Position numbers and translations under genes: made by a program | Notes under the pieces: generated by a model | Told to the model about the DNA's origin: nothing | The model's database searches: none | What the model saw: only the letters and a program-made list of their open reading frames with translations | Part shown: positions 54,088-63,577 of the stretch, in pieces | Layout: every line of letters begins with the position of its first letter | How positions within the stretch are numbered: position 1 is the first letter of the stretch | Source: Alphaproteobacteria bacterium | GTDB lineage: Bacteria; Pseudomonadota; Alphaproteobacteria; SP197 | Direction: 5' to 3' | Assembly (NCBI GenBank): GCA_964291415.2 | Contig: OZ219918.1 | Location: 480,001-544,000, forward strand | Length of the DNA stretch: 64,000 nt

Positions 54088-55257
54088 ATGAGATCCCGTT
54101 TCCTAGCAGTACTGGCATCGGTTGGCGCGCTGGCTCTGGCCGGCGGGGGCAATGCCCTGGGCGACACGATCACCTTTGGTGCACCCCTGTGTCTGACCGG
54201 AGACCAGGCTCCCCTCGACACGCCCGGCTACCGGGGTGCGCAGGTCGCCATCAAGGCGCTCAATGACCAGGGCGGTTTGCTCGGCCAGCAGGTTGAGATG
54301 ATCGCCATCGATGGCAAGACCGATCCGGTCACGGTCGGCAACGCGGCTGTGGAACTCATCGACGGCGGCGCCGACTTCATTCTGGCGCCCTGCGACTTCG
54401 ATTTCGGTGGACCGGCGAGCCGCGCGGCACAGGAGTCGGGACTGGTTGGCCTGTCGCTGTGCGCGTCGGACCCGCTCTACAGTTCCTGGTCTCTCGGAGA
54501 CAAGCAGTTCACCCTGTCGATGTGGAACACGACCATGGGGGCGACAGCCGCCGAGTATGCCTACAACGAGCGCGGCTGGAGGAACGCCTATGTCGTGACC
54601 GACCAGTTCATCGCCTACACCGTGTCGCTCTCCAAGTACTTCGTCGAACACTTCAAGGCTCTGGGTGGCAACATCCTGGCGGAGGACACGTACAACAACG
54701 GAGACAACGACTTTTCGGCCCAGCTTGCGCGCCTGCAGGCGCTCGACGAGAAGCCGGATGTCATCTTCATCTCGTCCTACGGACAGGATATCGGCTTCAT
54801 CATCCGGTCATTGCGCGAAGTCGGCTATGACGCACCGGTGCTCGGCGGGGATTCCTACGACGATCCGGCGATGATCGAGTCGCTTGGCCCGCTCGGCAAC
54901 GACATCTACTTCGTGACACATACCTTCATGAGTTCCGATGCCCATCCGGAAATGGAGCAGTTCATCGGACTCTTCGAGGACATGTTCAACGAGCCGCCGG
55001 ACACGTCATTCGTGGCAACCGGCTGGGACGCGGTGATGCTTCTTGCCCAGGCTGCGGAGATTGCAGGCACGACGGATGGCGCGGCGGTCGCACAGGCGCT
55101 TGAGGAGAACGTGTTCCATCTTCTCACCGGCGATCTGACATACCGCAACGCGGCTGAAGGACATGCCCCGGACAAGGCGGCGGTGCTCGTCGAAGTCAAG
55201 GACGCGTCAACGCATTTCCTTGGCTGGCGGACGCCGTCCAACGTACCGGCGCCATAG
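54088..55257 (+). CDS. Liv-type ABC substrate-binding protein
   Basis: Signal peptide, GGLLG, DGKTD, DFSAQL. RBS GAGGAGG. Confidence 0.88.
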   Translation: MRSRFLAVLASVGALALAGGGNALGDTITFGAPLCLTGDQAPLDTPGYRGAQVAIKALNDQGGLLGQQVEMIAIDGKTDPVTVGNAAVELIDGGADFILAPCDFDFGGPASRAAQESGLVGLSLCASDPLYSSWSLGDKQFTLSMWNTTMGATAAEYAYNERGWRNAYVVTDQFIAYTVSLSKYFVEHFKALGGNILAEDTYNNGDNDFSAQLARLQALDEKPDVIFISSYGQDIGFIIRSLREVGYDAPVLGGDSYDDPAMIESLGPLGNDIYFVTHTFMSSDAHPEMEQFIGLFEDMFNEPPDTSFVATGWDAVMLLAQAAEIAGTTDGAAVAQALEENVFHLLTGDLTYRNAAEGHAPDKAAVLVEVKDASTHFLGWRTPSNVPAP

Positions 55258-55272
55258 AATCGCCTGAACCAC

Positions 55273-55304
55273 CCTGCCGGCGCGGACGTGTCCGCGCCGG
55301 CAGG
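55273..55304 (+). terminator. Perfect 15-bp hairpin after the second binding-protein gene
   Basis: CCTGCCGGCGCGGAC-GT-GTCCGCGCCGGCAGG. Confidence 0.7.
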
Positions 55305-55326
55305 AATCACGGTACTCCGGAGCGCC

Positions 55327-56055
55327 ATGGCCCCACTTGAAGCGGCGTCCGTCACGGTCGAGTTCGCCGGTCTGCGCGCACTCGATGACGTCTCGCTCAC
55401 CCTTGGACCCGGGGAGATACTCGGGCTCATCGGGCCGAATGGATCCGGAAAGACAACGCTGGTCAACGCCATGACCGGGCAGGTTCCCGTGGCTGGCGGC
55501 ACGATCTCCCTGGGGGATGCCGTCCTGACCGGACGAACGCCCCGTGAGATCGCCCATGCGGGCGTTTCCCGGACGTTCCAGATCGGCAGGCATTTCGACA
55601 ACCTGACCATTCTCGAGAATGTCGCGACGGCCGCCCTCGGAAAGGGTGCCCCGGTGCGCGTGGCCCTGGAGCGCGCCACCGCGCTGATCGAGGAGTTCGG
55701 GCTCGGCCGACGCCTTGACGATCTGGCCGAGGTGCTCAGCTACGGTGAGAAGCGCCGCGTGGAAATCGCCCGGGCGCTGGCCGGCGAACCACAGTACCTG
55801 CTGCTCGACGAGCCCGCCGCGGGCATGAACGAGGAAGAGACCGAGTCGCTGATCGACATCCTCGCCATGCTGCCGAAGGACCGCGGGCTCGGCCTGCTCA
55901 TCATCGACCACGACATGGGCCTGATCATGCGCCTGTGCGAGCGTCTGCACGTGCTGGCGTCCGGACGCACCATTGCCGAGGGGGACCGTCGGACGGTCCG
56001 TGACGATCCGGCGGTCATCGAGGCCTATCTCGGCAGCGGCACCGGGCATGCTTGA
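55327..56055 (+). CDS. ABC ATP-binding protein (LivG-like)
   Basis: GPNGSGKT, LSYGEKR, DEPAAG, DHDM. The start is uncertain. Confidence 0.9.
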   Translation: MAPLEAASVTVEFAGLRALDDVSLTLGPGEILGLIGPNGSGKTTLVNAMTGQVPVAGGTISLGDAVLTGRTPREIAHAGVSRTFQIGRHFDNLTILENVATAALGKGAPVRVALERATALIEEFGLGRRLDDLAEVLSYGEKRRVEIARALAGEPQYLLLDEPAAGMNEEETESLIDILAMLPKDRGLGLLIIDHDMGLIMRLCERLHVLASGRTIAEGDRRTVRDDPAVIEAYLGSGTGHA

Positions 56056-56761
56056 CATCGAATCCCTGGAGGTCAGCTATGGTGCCGTCCGTGCGGTGCG
56101 CGGCGTGTCGCTCCGGGTCGACAAGGGCGAACTGGTAACCCTTCTCGGAGCCAATGGCGCGGGAAAATCGTCCACACTCATGGCGATCGCCGGAGCGGTC
56201 CGAGCCACCGCCGGCCGGGTCCGGCTGGACGGCGCGGACGTGAGCGGGGCCACGCCGGAAGACATGGTCCGGCGTGGCGTGGCGGCTGTGCCGGAGACGC
56301 GCGACGTGTTTCCGGACCTGACGGTGGCGCAGAACCTGCAGCTCGGCGCGTTCACGCGCCGCCGCGATCAGGCCGGCGTGCTCCACGATCGCGACGCGCA
56401 CTTCGCCCGTTTCCCCATTCTTGCCGAACGACAACACCTGCCGGCGGGAAACCTGTCGGGAGGCGAACAGCAGATGCTGGTCATCGCGCGGGCGCTCATG
56501 TCACGTCCGAACGTCCTTCTCCTGGATGAGCCGTCGCTCGGCCTGGCGCCGATCGTGGTCGACCAGATCTTCGACATGATCCGCAACCTGAAGGAATCGG
56601 GCCTGACGATCATGCTCGTCGAGCAGAACGCGGCGAAGGCCCTGGCGGTCAGCGATCGCGCCTACGTCATGCGGCTCGGACGCATCGAGGCGGATGGTCC
56701 GGCATCCGAGATCGCTGCCGCGACGGAACTGAAGTCCCTCTACCTGGGCGCAGAACCATGA
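56048..56761 (+). CDS. ABC ATP-binding protein (LivF-like)
   Basis: GANGAGKS, LSGGEQQM, DEPSLGLAP. Confidence 0.92.
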   Translation: MLDIESLEVSYGAVRAVRGVSLRVDKGELVTLLGANGAGKSSTLMAIAGAVRATAGRVRLDGADVSGATPEDMVRRGVAAVPETRDVFPDLTVAQNLQLGAFTRRRDQAGVLHDRDAHFARFPILAERQHLPAGNLSGGEQQMLVIARALMSRPNVLLLDEPSLGLAPIVVDQIFDMIRNLKESGLTIMLVEQNAAKALAVSDRAYVMRLGRIEADGPASEIAAATELKSLYLGAEP

Positions 56762-57645
56762 ACCCGGTGCAATTCGTGCTGGATGTGCTGAGCCTCGGCG
56801 GGGCCTATGCCCTGATGGCCCTCGGCCTCGTCATCGTCTACGGGATTCTCCGCCTCGTGAACTTCGCGTATGGCGAGCTGATCATGGTCAGTGGCTACAC
56901 CATGTTCCTGGTCAGCGGCTCCGGACTCCCCTGGCTCGCGATGGCGGGATGCGGCGTGATCATGGCGATCGCCGCGGGGATCGCGACGGACTATCTTGCG
57001 TTCCGCCCCGTGCGCGCCAAGTCCGTCACCGCCGTTCTGATCACGTCCTTTGCCTTCTCGACCCTGCTGCAGAACGCTGCGCTCCTCTTCATTTCGCCAA
57101 GGCCCCGCGCGGTGCCGCTGCCGGAGCTGTTCTCCCGTACCGTCGAATTCGCCGGCGTCATCACGCCTGTCCGCAATCTCATCACGATCGCCGTCGCGGT
57201 CATCATGCTCGGGATCTTCTCCTGGCTCATGCGGTCGACGGCACTGGGCATCGCCATGCGGGCTGCGGCCACGAATTTCCGGATGGCGCGCATGATGGGC
57301 ATTCCGGCCAATCTCATCATCTCGGCGGCCTTTGCGATTTCCGGTCTGCTGGCGGGTGCCGTGGCCATTCTCTGGATTGGCAGGATCGGCACCGTCGTGC
57401 CCGGGATCGGCCTTCAGCCCCTCCTGATTGCCTTCATCGCGACGGTCATCGGCGGCATGCGCAGCCTGCCGGGTGCGGTGGTCGGCGGGTTTCTGCTGGC
57501 GCTCATCGACACGGCGCTGAACTACACGCTTCCCCAGGATCTTCTCAAGTTCCGCGATGCATTCACCTTCTCTCTGGTCATCCTGATCCTGCTGTGGCGT
57601 CCGGAGGGAATTGTACGCGGCCCGGCATCGGGTCAACGAACATGA
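56758..57645 (+). CDS. ABC permease (LivH-like)
   Basis: YALMALGL...VNFAYGE, GIAMRA, IGG. Confidence 0.9.
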   Translation: MNPVQFVLDVLSLGGAYALMALGLVIVYGILRLVNFAYGELIMVSGYTMFLVSGSGLPWLAMAGCGVIMAIAAGIATDYLAFRPVRAKSVTAVLITSFAFSTLLQNAALLFISPRPRAVPLPELFSRTVEFAGVITPVRNLITIAVAVIMLGIFSWLMRSTALGIAMRAAATNFRMARMMGIPANLIISAAFAISGLLAGAVAILWIGRIGTVVPGIGLQPLLIAFIATVIGGMRSLPGAVVGGFLLALIDTALNYTLPQDLLKFRDAFTFSLVILILLWRPEGIVRGPASGQRT

Positions 57646-58667
57646 TGACACGACGAAACTGGCTGACCTTCCTTCTCCTTGGCGGGGTGATTGTCCTCGT
57701 TGCCGTGGCGGCGGATCTCGTGGGCGACCGGCTTCTCCTGCGCATCACGACCAACCTGTGCATCTCGATGGTGCTCGTGGTCGGCCTGCAGATCTTCATG
57801 GGGAACTCCGGCATTCTCTCCTTTGCCCATGTGGGGTTCATGGGGGTCGGCGCCTATACGTCGGCGGTCCTCACCATCCCGGTTCAGATGAAGGGGATGG
57901 CGCTGCCGAACCTCTACCCGTTCCTCGCCGACGTGCAGATGCTGCCTGTCGTCGGCATGGCCCTCGGGGGGCTGGCCGCGGCCCTCGTTGCGGCCCTGGC
58001 CGTCTACCCGCTCATGCGTCTGTCCGACGCCGCAGCCGTCATCACGTCCTTCGCGCTCTTCGTCGTGCTGCACACGATCATGTACCACTGGAGCGATGTG
58101 ACCAACGGTCCGCGCACCCTTTTCGGATTGCCGAAAGGAACGACGCTGCCGCTCGCCGCAGGCGTCGCGATCGCCGCCGTGCTTGTTGCGCTGCTCTTCA
58201 AGGAGTCGCGGGTGGGCCGGCTTCTTCGTGCGAGCCGGGACGATGAAATCGCCGCGGCCTCGCTGGGAGCGCACATTCCGAGGCTGCGCTGGCAGGCCTT
58301 CATCGTCTCGGCGCTTCTTGCCGGCATCGGTGGCGCCCTCTGGGGCCATTTCATCACCTCCTTCTCGCCCAAGCAGCTGTGGCTGAAGGAGACCTTCGTG
58401 ATTCTCGCCATGCTGGTCATCGGTGGACCGAGAACGGTGACCGGGGCCGTGGTCGGCGTGCTGCTCGTCACCGCGAGCTTCGAGAGCCTGCGATCGCTCG
58501 AGGGCGCCATCAACCGCGCCGACATCCTCTCGGAACCCCTTGTGGGAATGACCGAGCTGACGCTTGCCGTGGCGATGATCGCGGTGCTTGCCCTGCGTCC
58601 GGGCGGAATATGTCCCTCCCGCGAGGTCGGCTACTATCTGTTCCGCCGCCGCTCGCGCGGTCCCTGA
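57642..58667 (+). CDS. ABC permease (LivM-like)
   Basis: GNSGILSFAHVGFMGVGAY, TNGP, LRASRDDE. Confidence 0.9.
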   Translation: MMTRRNWLTFLLLGGVIVLVAVAADLVGDRLLLRITTNLCISMVLVVGLQIFMGNSGILSFAHVGFMGVGAYTSAVLTIPVQMKGMALPNLYPFLADVQMLPVVGMALGGLAAALVAALAVYPLMRLSDAAAVITSFALFVVLHTIMYHWSDVTNGPRTLFGLPKGTTLPLAAGVAIAAVLVALLFKESRVGRLLRASRDDEIAAASLGAHIPRLRWQAFIVSALLAGIGGALWGHFITSFSPKQLWLKETFVILAMLVIGGPRTVTGAVVGVLLVTASFESLRSLEGAINRADILSEPLVGMTELTLAVAMIAVLALRPGGICPSREVGYYLFRRRSRGP

Positions 58668-58915
58668 GCTCCCTGATCCGGCACGCTCGGTCGCCCCCTT
58701 GTCTTCACGGCGCGGTACAACGAACCGATCCGCATCGAGTATCTCCCATGACGTCGGCATCGTGGCCAGATCCGACGATTGCTCGCCGGCCGGGGCACTA
58801 CCCATCGGCTGGCAACGTGTCTAGTATGGTCGACGGACGTGAGGGAGACCGCCGCTTTCCCCGCCTCTGTCACATCGTGTGCGGCGAAGGTACGGCTGAG
58901 GAGAGGTGCTGGGGT

Positions 58916-59395
58916 ATGCAGAAATCGCTTCTGATTGATCCTGACAAGTGCACGAGCTGCCTGCAATGCGAAATGGCCTGTTCGTTCGAGCATGAAGGCT
59001 CGTTCAATCCGGCCCGCTCCAGGATCAAGATCTTTGAATTCGAACACGGCAAGCGCGCCGTTCCCTATACCTGCACACAGTGCGCGGAGGCATGGTGCGT
59101 GCATGCCTGTCCGGTGGAAGCGCTGGTCCGCAACCCGGCGACGGGAGCGGTCGAGGTCAAGGATGATGTCTGTGTGGGGTGCAAGGTGTGCACGATTGCC
59201 TGCCCCTTCGGGACGGTGAACTACAATCCCGACACGGGCAAGGTCATCAAGTGCGACCTGTGCCACGGCGATCCCAAGTGCGCCGAGGCATGTCCCACCG
59301 ACGCCATCGTCTACGTGGATTCGTCGTGGACCGGTCTTGATCGCATGCGGCGATGGGCCGGGCACGTGGACACCAACCAGTCGGCCAAGGCCTGA
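58916..59395 (+). CDS. aorA: 4x[4Fe-4S] electron-transfer subunit of aldehyde oxidoreductase
   Basis: CTSCLQCEMAC, CTQC...CVHACP, CVGCKVCTIACP, CDLC...CAEACP. Confidence 0.88.
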   Translation: MQKSLLIDPDKCTSCLQCEMACSFEHEGSFNPARSRIKIFEFEHGKRAVPYTCTQCAEAWCVHACPVEALVRNPATGAVEVKDDVCVGCKVCTIACPFGTVNYNPDTGKVIKCDLCHGDPKCAEACPTDAIVYVDSSWTGLDRMRRWAGHVDTNQSAKA

Positions 59396-59419
59396 CGACA
59401 GCTCCGGGGAGAAACGACG

Positions 59420-61240
59420 ATGTCCTGGCAAGGCCAGATCCTGCGTGTCAATCTCACCAAGGGAACCGCTGAAGCCGAACCATTGAACATGGAATGGGCC
59501 AACGCCTATATCGGCGAGCGCGGACTTGGAACGAAGTACCTCTACGAAAATGTGGATCCCAAATGCGATCCGATGGGGCCGGACAACGTCCTCATCTTCG
59601 CCACCGGACCGCTCAACGGAACCATGGCCTCGACCAGCGGCCGCTATGCCGTGCTCTGCAAGAGTCCGCTCACCGGCGCCATCGGCGATTCCAACTCCGG
59701 CGGCAAGTTCGGCGCCTTTCTGAAGTATGCCGGCTACGATCTCCTGCTCGTCGAGGGCAAGGCGGACAAACCGGTCTATCTCCATATCGATGACGACAAC
59801 GTCGAGATCCTGCCGGCGGACGAGATCTGGGGGACCGGCGTCTGGCATACCGAGGAGTGGATCAAGTCCCGTCACCAGAATCCCCAGCTCAAGATCGCCT
59901 CGATCGGCGAGGCCGGGGAGAACGGCGTTCTCTACGCCTGCGTCGTGAATGACCTTCACCGTGCCGCCGGACGCTGCGGCGTCGGCGCCGTCATGGGATC
60001 GAAGAATCTCAAGGCGGTGGCGGCCTATGGCACCAGGGGTGTCACGGTGGACGATCCGGCGAAGTTCATGGAGGTGGTGAAGGACACCCACGCCAAGCTC
60101 GCTGCCAGCGATGGCCGCGAGGAGCTCACCGAGGGCGGCACCCATCCCATGATCGACATGATGCAGGAGTGGGGTGGACTGCCCACCAGGAACTTCCGCG
60201 AGGTCCAGTTCGAAGGCATCGACAAGGTCAATCCCGCGGCAACGACCGCGGCCAACGCCAACGGCCACACCAACCTCATCACCAACAAGGCCTGTTTCGG
60301 GTGCACCATCGCCTGCGGCCGGATCGCCCATATCGATCCGGAGCACTTCACCATCGTCAACCGGCCGGAGTACCGGCATGCTTCGGGTGGCCTGGAGTAC
60401 GAGACGGCCTATGCCTTCGGCCCGGTTGTCGGTGTCGACGATCTCGATTCCCTGACGTTCGCCAACTACATGATGAACGAGCACGGCATGGACCCGATCT
60501 CGTTCGGCGTGACCCTGGCGGCGGCGATGGAGCTCTTCGAGATGGGAGTCCTGACCAAGGACGACACCGACGGCATCGACCTCGGCTTCGGCAGTTCCGA
60601 AGGACTGGCTGTCATGGCGGAGAAGACCGGCAAGGGCGAAGGTTTCGGCAAGGAACTGGCCCTGGGCTCCAAGCGGCTGTGCGAGAAGTATGGTCACCCG
60701 GAACTCTTCATGGGCGTGAAGGGCCAGGAGTTCGCCGGCTACGACAGCAGGGCCCTGCAGGGCATGGGACTGGGCTACGCGACCTCCAATCGCGGTGCCT
60801 GCCATCTCAAGCACGATGTCTTCGGCCCCGACATGGAGGACATTTCCGGCAACGGCAAGGCGGCCCCGGTCAAGGAGAGCCAGGACATGGTCTCGATGAT
60901 CGATTCCACCGGCCTCTGCCTGTTCACCACCGCCGGCTGGGGACCGGAAGATTTCGTCGCCCAGCTTGACGCGGCACTCCCCGGGGACTGGACCCTGGAG
61001 CGGTGCATCGAATCGGGTGAAAGGACATGGACTCTCGAGCGAATGTTCAACATGGCAGCCGGGTTGACGGCTGCCGATGACACCCTGCCGCCGCGCATGC
61101 TGAACGAGCCGGTGCCGTCGGGAAGCGCCAAGGGCAAGGTCAGCGAACTCTCGAAGATGCTGCCGGAGTACTACAGCCTGCGCGGCTGGACGGAGGCGGG
61201 TCAGCCGACCAACGAGACCCTGGCGCGCCTTGGTCTTTGA
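59420..61240 (+). CDS. aorB: Tungsten-dependent aldehyde oxidoreductase, catalytic subunit (AOR family)
   Basis: KSPLTG, SNSGG, GVGAVMGSKNLKA, CFGCTIAC, EYET, RGACH, DSTGLCLF, ERMFN, YYSLRGW. Confidence 0.93.
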   Translation: MSWQGQILRVNLTKGTAEAEPLNMEWANAYIGERGLGTKYLYENVDPKCDPMGPDNVLIFATGPLNGTMASTSGRYAVLCKSPLTGAIGDSNSGGKFGAFLKYAGYDLLLVEGKADKPVYLHIDDDNVEILPADEIWGTGVWHTEEWIKSRHQNPQLKIASIGEAGENGVLYACVVNDLHRAAGRCGVGAVMGSKNLKAVAAYGTRGVTVDDPAKFMEVVKDTHAKLAASDGREELTEGGTHPMIDMMQEWGGLPTRNFREVQFEGIDKVNPAATTAANANGHTNLITNKACFGCTIACGRIAHIDPEHFTIVNRPEYRHASGGLEYETAYAFGPVVGVDDLDSLTFANYMMNEHGMDPISFGVTLAAAMELFEMGVLTKDDTDGIDLGFGSSEGLAVMAEKTGKGEGFGKELALGSKRLCEKYGHPELFMGVKGQEFAGYDSRALQGMGLGYATSNRGACHLKHDVFGPDMEDISGNGKAAPVKESQDMVSMIDSTGLCLFTTAGWGPEDFVAQLDAALPGDWTLERCIESGERTWTLERMFNMAAGLTAADDTLPPRMLNEPVPSGSAKGKVSELSKMLPEYYSLRGWTEAGQPTNETLARLGL

Positions 61241-61284
61241 CCCGGTCGACGTCACGGGACGGTGACCGCCGGATGTGTGTATCA

Positions 61285-61312
61285 GGGATTCCGGCCGCAG
61301 GGCCGGAATCCC
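61285..61312 (+). terminator. 12-bp hairpin between aorB and aorC
   Basis: GGGATTCCGGCC-GCAG-GGCCGGAATCCC. Confidence 0.6.
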
Positions 61313-61334
61313 GTCCTTCCTGGAGGGGACAACC

Positions 61335-62594
61335 ATGAACCATGTCATTGTTGGCGCCGGCCCCGCCGGCGTGATCGCGTCGGAAACCCTGGCCCGCATG
61401 GGGCACGGCGGCCGTATCACGGTGTTGTCGGACGAACTGGAGCCGCCCTACTCCAGGATGGCCATTCCCTACCTCCTGGCTGAGGACATCGACGAGGAAG
61501 GGACGTGCCTGCGTCACGCGGCAGGCCACTACGACGGTCTCGGCGTTGCTGTGAAACACGACACCGTGACGGCCATCGATGCGGCGGCGAAATCCCTCTC
61601 CCTCGCCAGCGGCGACAGTCTTGCCTTTGACAGGCTGCTTCTTGCCACCGGAGCGAGCCCCATCCGGCCGCCCATTCCAGGCATGGACCTGGACAAGGTG
61701 ATGTCCTGCTGGACCCTCGCAGACGCCCGCCGGATCATGGAGCACACGAAACCCGGCGACAATGTCGTGCTGATGGGTGCGGGTTTTATCGGATGCATCA
61801 TTCTCGAGGCCCTGGTCGCCCGTCAGGTCAATCTCACCGTGATCGAAATGGCCGATCGCATGGTTGCCCGCATGATGGACAGGACGGGCGGTGACATGAT
61901 TGCCGCATGGTGCCGCGAGAAGGGTGTCGACGTTCACGTGTCGACCCGGGTGAACGGTGTCTCGCGGAACAGCGACGGCTCGCTCACCCTCGATCTCGAG
62001 GGCAAGGCGCCGCTCAACGCGGATCTCGTCGTGTGCGCGACGGGCGTCGCGTCGAACACCGGTTTCCTGGAAGGCAGCGGAATCGAGACCGACATCGGTG
62101 TCGTGGTCGACGAACACCTGGAAACCAGTGTCCCCGGCATCTACGCCGCCGGAGATGTTGCGGCGGGTTTCGATTTCATGACCGGCGGCCATGACGTCCA
62201 TGCCATCCAGCCCACGGCCAGCGAGCACGGGCGCGTCGCGGCGATGAACATGGCGGGCAAACGAACGGCCTACCGTGGCAGCCTGGTCATGAACACGCTC
62301 AACACGCTTGGCCTCATCTCCACGTCCTACGGTCTGTGGGACGGTGTCGAGGGTGGCGATGTCGCCACCGCCGTCGATGCCAGGGCCTACAGGTACCTGA
62401 GGCTGAATTTCCGTGATGACGTTCTTGTGGGTTGCCTGGCGCTGGGCCTCACGCAACACGTCGGTGTGCTGCGTGGCCTCATCCAGACGAAGACGCCGCT
62501 TGGAAAGTGGAAGGATGTCCTGATGGCCGATCCCCACCAGATCATGTCCGCCTACCTTGCCACGGCCCAGGACGCGTCACGCCGCGCTGCATGA
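61335..62594 (+). CDS. aorC: FAD/NAD oxidoreductase subunit (AorC-like)
   Basis: VGAGPAG, PPYSR, LATG, GAGFIG, YAAGD. RBS GGAGG precedes ATG 61335. Confidence 0.85.
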   Translation: MNHVIVGAGPAGVIASETLARMGHGGRITVLSDELEPPYSRMAIPYLLAEDIDEEGTCLRHAAGHYDGLGVAVKHDTVTAIDAAAKSLSLASGDSLAFDRLLLATGASPIRPPIPGMDLDKVMSCWTLADARRIMEHTKPGDNVVLMGAGFIGCIILEALVARQVNLTVIEMADRMVARMMDRTGGDMIAAWCREKGVDVHVSTRVNGVSRNSDGSLTLDLEGKAPLNADLVVCATGVASNTGFLEGSGIETDIGVVVDEHLETSVPGIYAAGDVAAGFDFMTGGHDVHAIQPTASEHGRVAAMNMAGKRTAYRGSLVMNTLNTLGLISTSYGLWDGVEGGDVATAVDARAYRYLRLNFRDDVLVGCLALGLTQHVGVLRGLIQTKTPLGKWKDVLMADPHQIMSAYLATAQDASRRAA

Positions 62595-62839
62595 AGATTC
62601 TCGTGAGAACCGCGGGCCTGCTCGGCAAGTACCTGCCGCCCGGGCCCGCGAAGAATCGTGCCGAGATCGATGTGCCGCGGGGTTCCACCATCACCGATGT
62701 GATGAAGCGCCTGGGATTTCCCGAAGGCAGCTACCTGGTGACGCTGAACGGCATGGCGGTCCCGACGGCCGAGCGTGCCACACGGGAACTTGAAAACGGC
62801 GACAATCTGGCGCTCATGCCGCCGCTCAAGGGTGGCTGA
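62591..62839 (+). CDS. MoaD/ThiS-family ubiquitin-like protein
   Basis: 82 aa ending in MPPLKGG. Coupled to aorC (ATGA). Confidence 0.88.
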   Translation: MKILVRTAGLLGKYLPPGPAKNRAEIDVPRGSTITDVMKRLGFPEGSYLVTLNGMAVPTAERATRELENGDNLALMPPLKGG

Positions 62840-62845
62840 TACCGG

Positions 62846-63103
62846 TCAGTGAACCTTGTGGCCGAGGTCGATCTTTCGCGGAGTGTGTGCGTCGGTGTCG
62901 ATGTCATAGGCCCGGCGGATCCGGACATTGCGCAGGATCGTCTCGAGGAGGCGCACGGCCTGGGCCTCGTTGTGTGACGGATCCTCGCAGGACCGCCGCA
63001 GCCAGTCGACCATGTCCCGCTCGTTCGCGGCGAGTTCGTCGGCGACATCCTCCACTTCATCGAGCAACCGCTGCACTTCCAGGTACTGCACAAGATCCGT
63101 CAA
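62846..63103 (-). CDS. Small hypothetical helical protein
   Basis: TTG start behind GGAGG. Sequence (L)TDLVQYLEVQRLLDEVEDVADEL...LLETILRNVRIRR, with host-like codon usage. Confidence 0.6.
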   Translation of the reverse strand: MTDLVQYLEVQRLLDEVEDVADELAANERDMVDWLRRSCEDPSHNEAQAVRLLETILRNVRIRRAYDIDTDAHTPRKIDLGHKVH

Positions 63104-63577
63104 GGGATTGCCTCCCGGCCCGGCAGTTCCAAGACTGGCCCTTCCATCCCCGCCTGTCCAGATCCAGACCATGCGGTTTCCTTCGCCAAGGTGATCAATC
63201 ACAATGCATCGACGGTGTCTTTCGCAGCTGCCGTCGCCAGCCCCGTCCGTTCGCCATACGGACTGCAGACCGGTGGTACGCAGGCTCTGAAGGAGCTTGG
63301 CGAATTGACATCGTGCCGGGAGTGGTGCCAGCGGTCTGTGGCTCTGCAGAAGCGACAGGAACGGCAGCGACCTCGCGGTCGTCATCGACAATCCACACAG
63401 CGGCTGCCATCGGGCCTGGCCCGGCGTTGACAACGGCGGGGGCACTCTTGTTTGGTGCCGATACAGGTTGCCATTCGCGAGCAGGAAGACGCTGACGAGA
63501 GCGCGTCCAGCCTGTAGCGTCGCGAGGCTGTGTGTACAAGCCAGGGTCGTGCGGACCTGTCACGGCGTGAGGATCCG

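Noticed and set aside
58634-61420. 928-aa minus-strand ORF, plus similar long antisense ORFs (4604-6778, 19682-21415, 28808-30298, 51342-52802)
   Set aside because: They are shadow frames opposite well-supported genes. They carry no motifs, and long stop-free antisense frames are expected in high-GC coding DNA.
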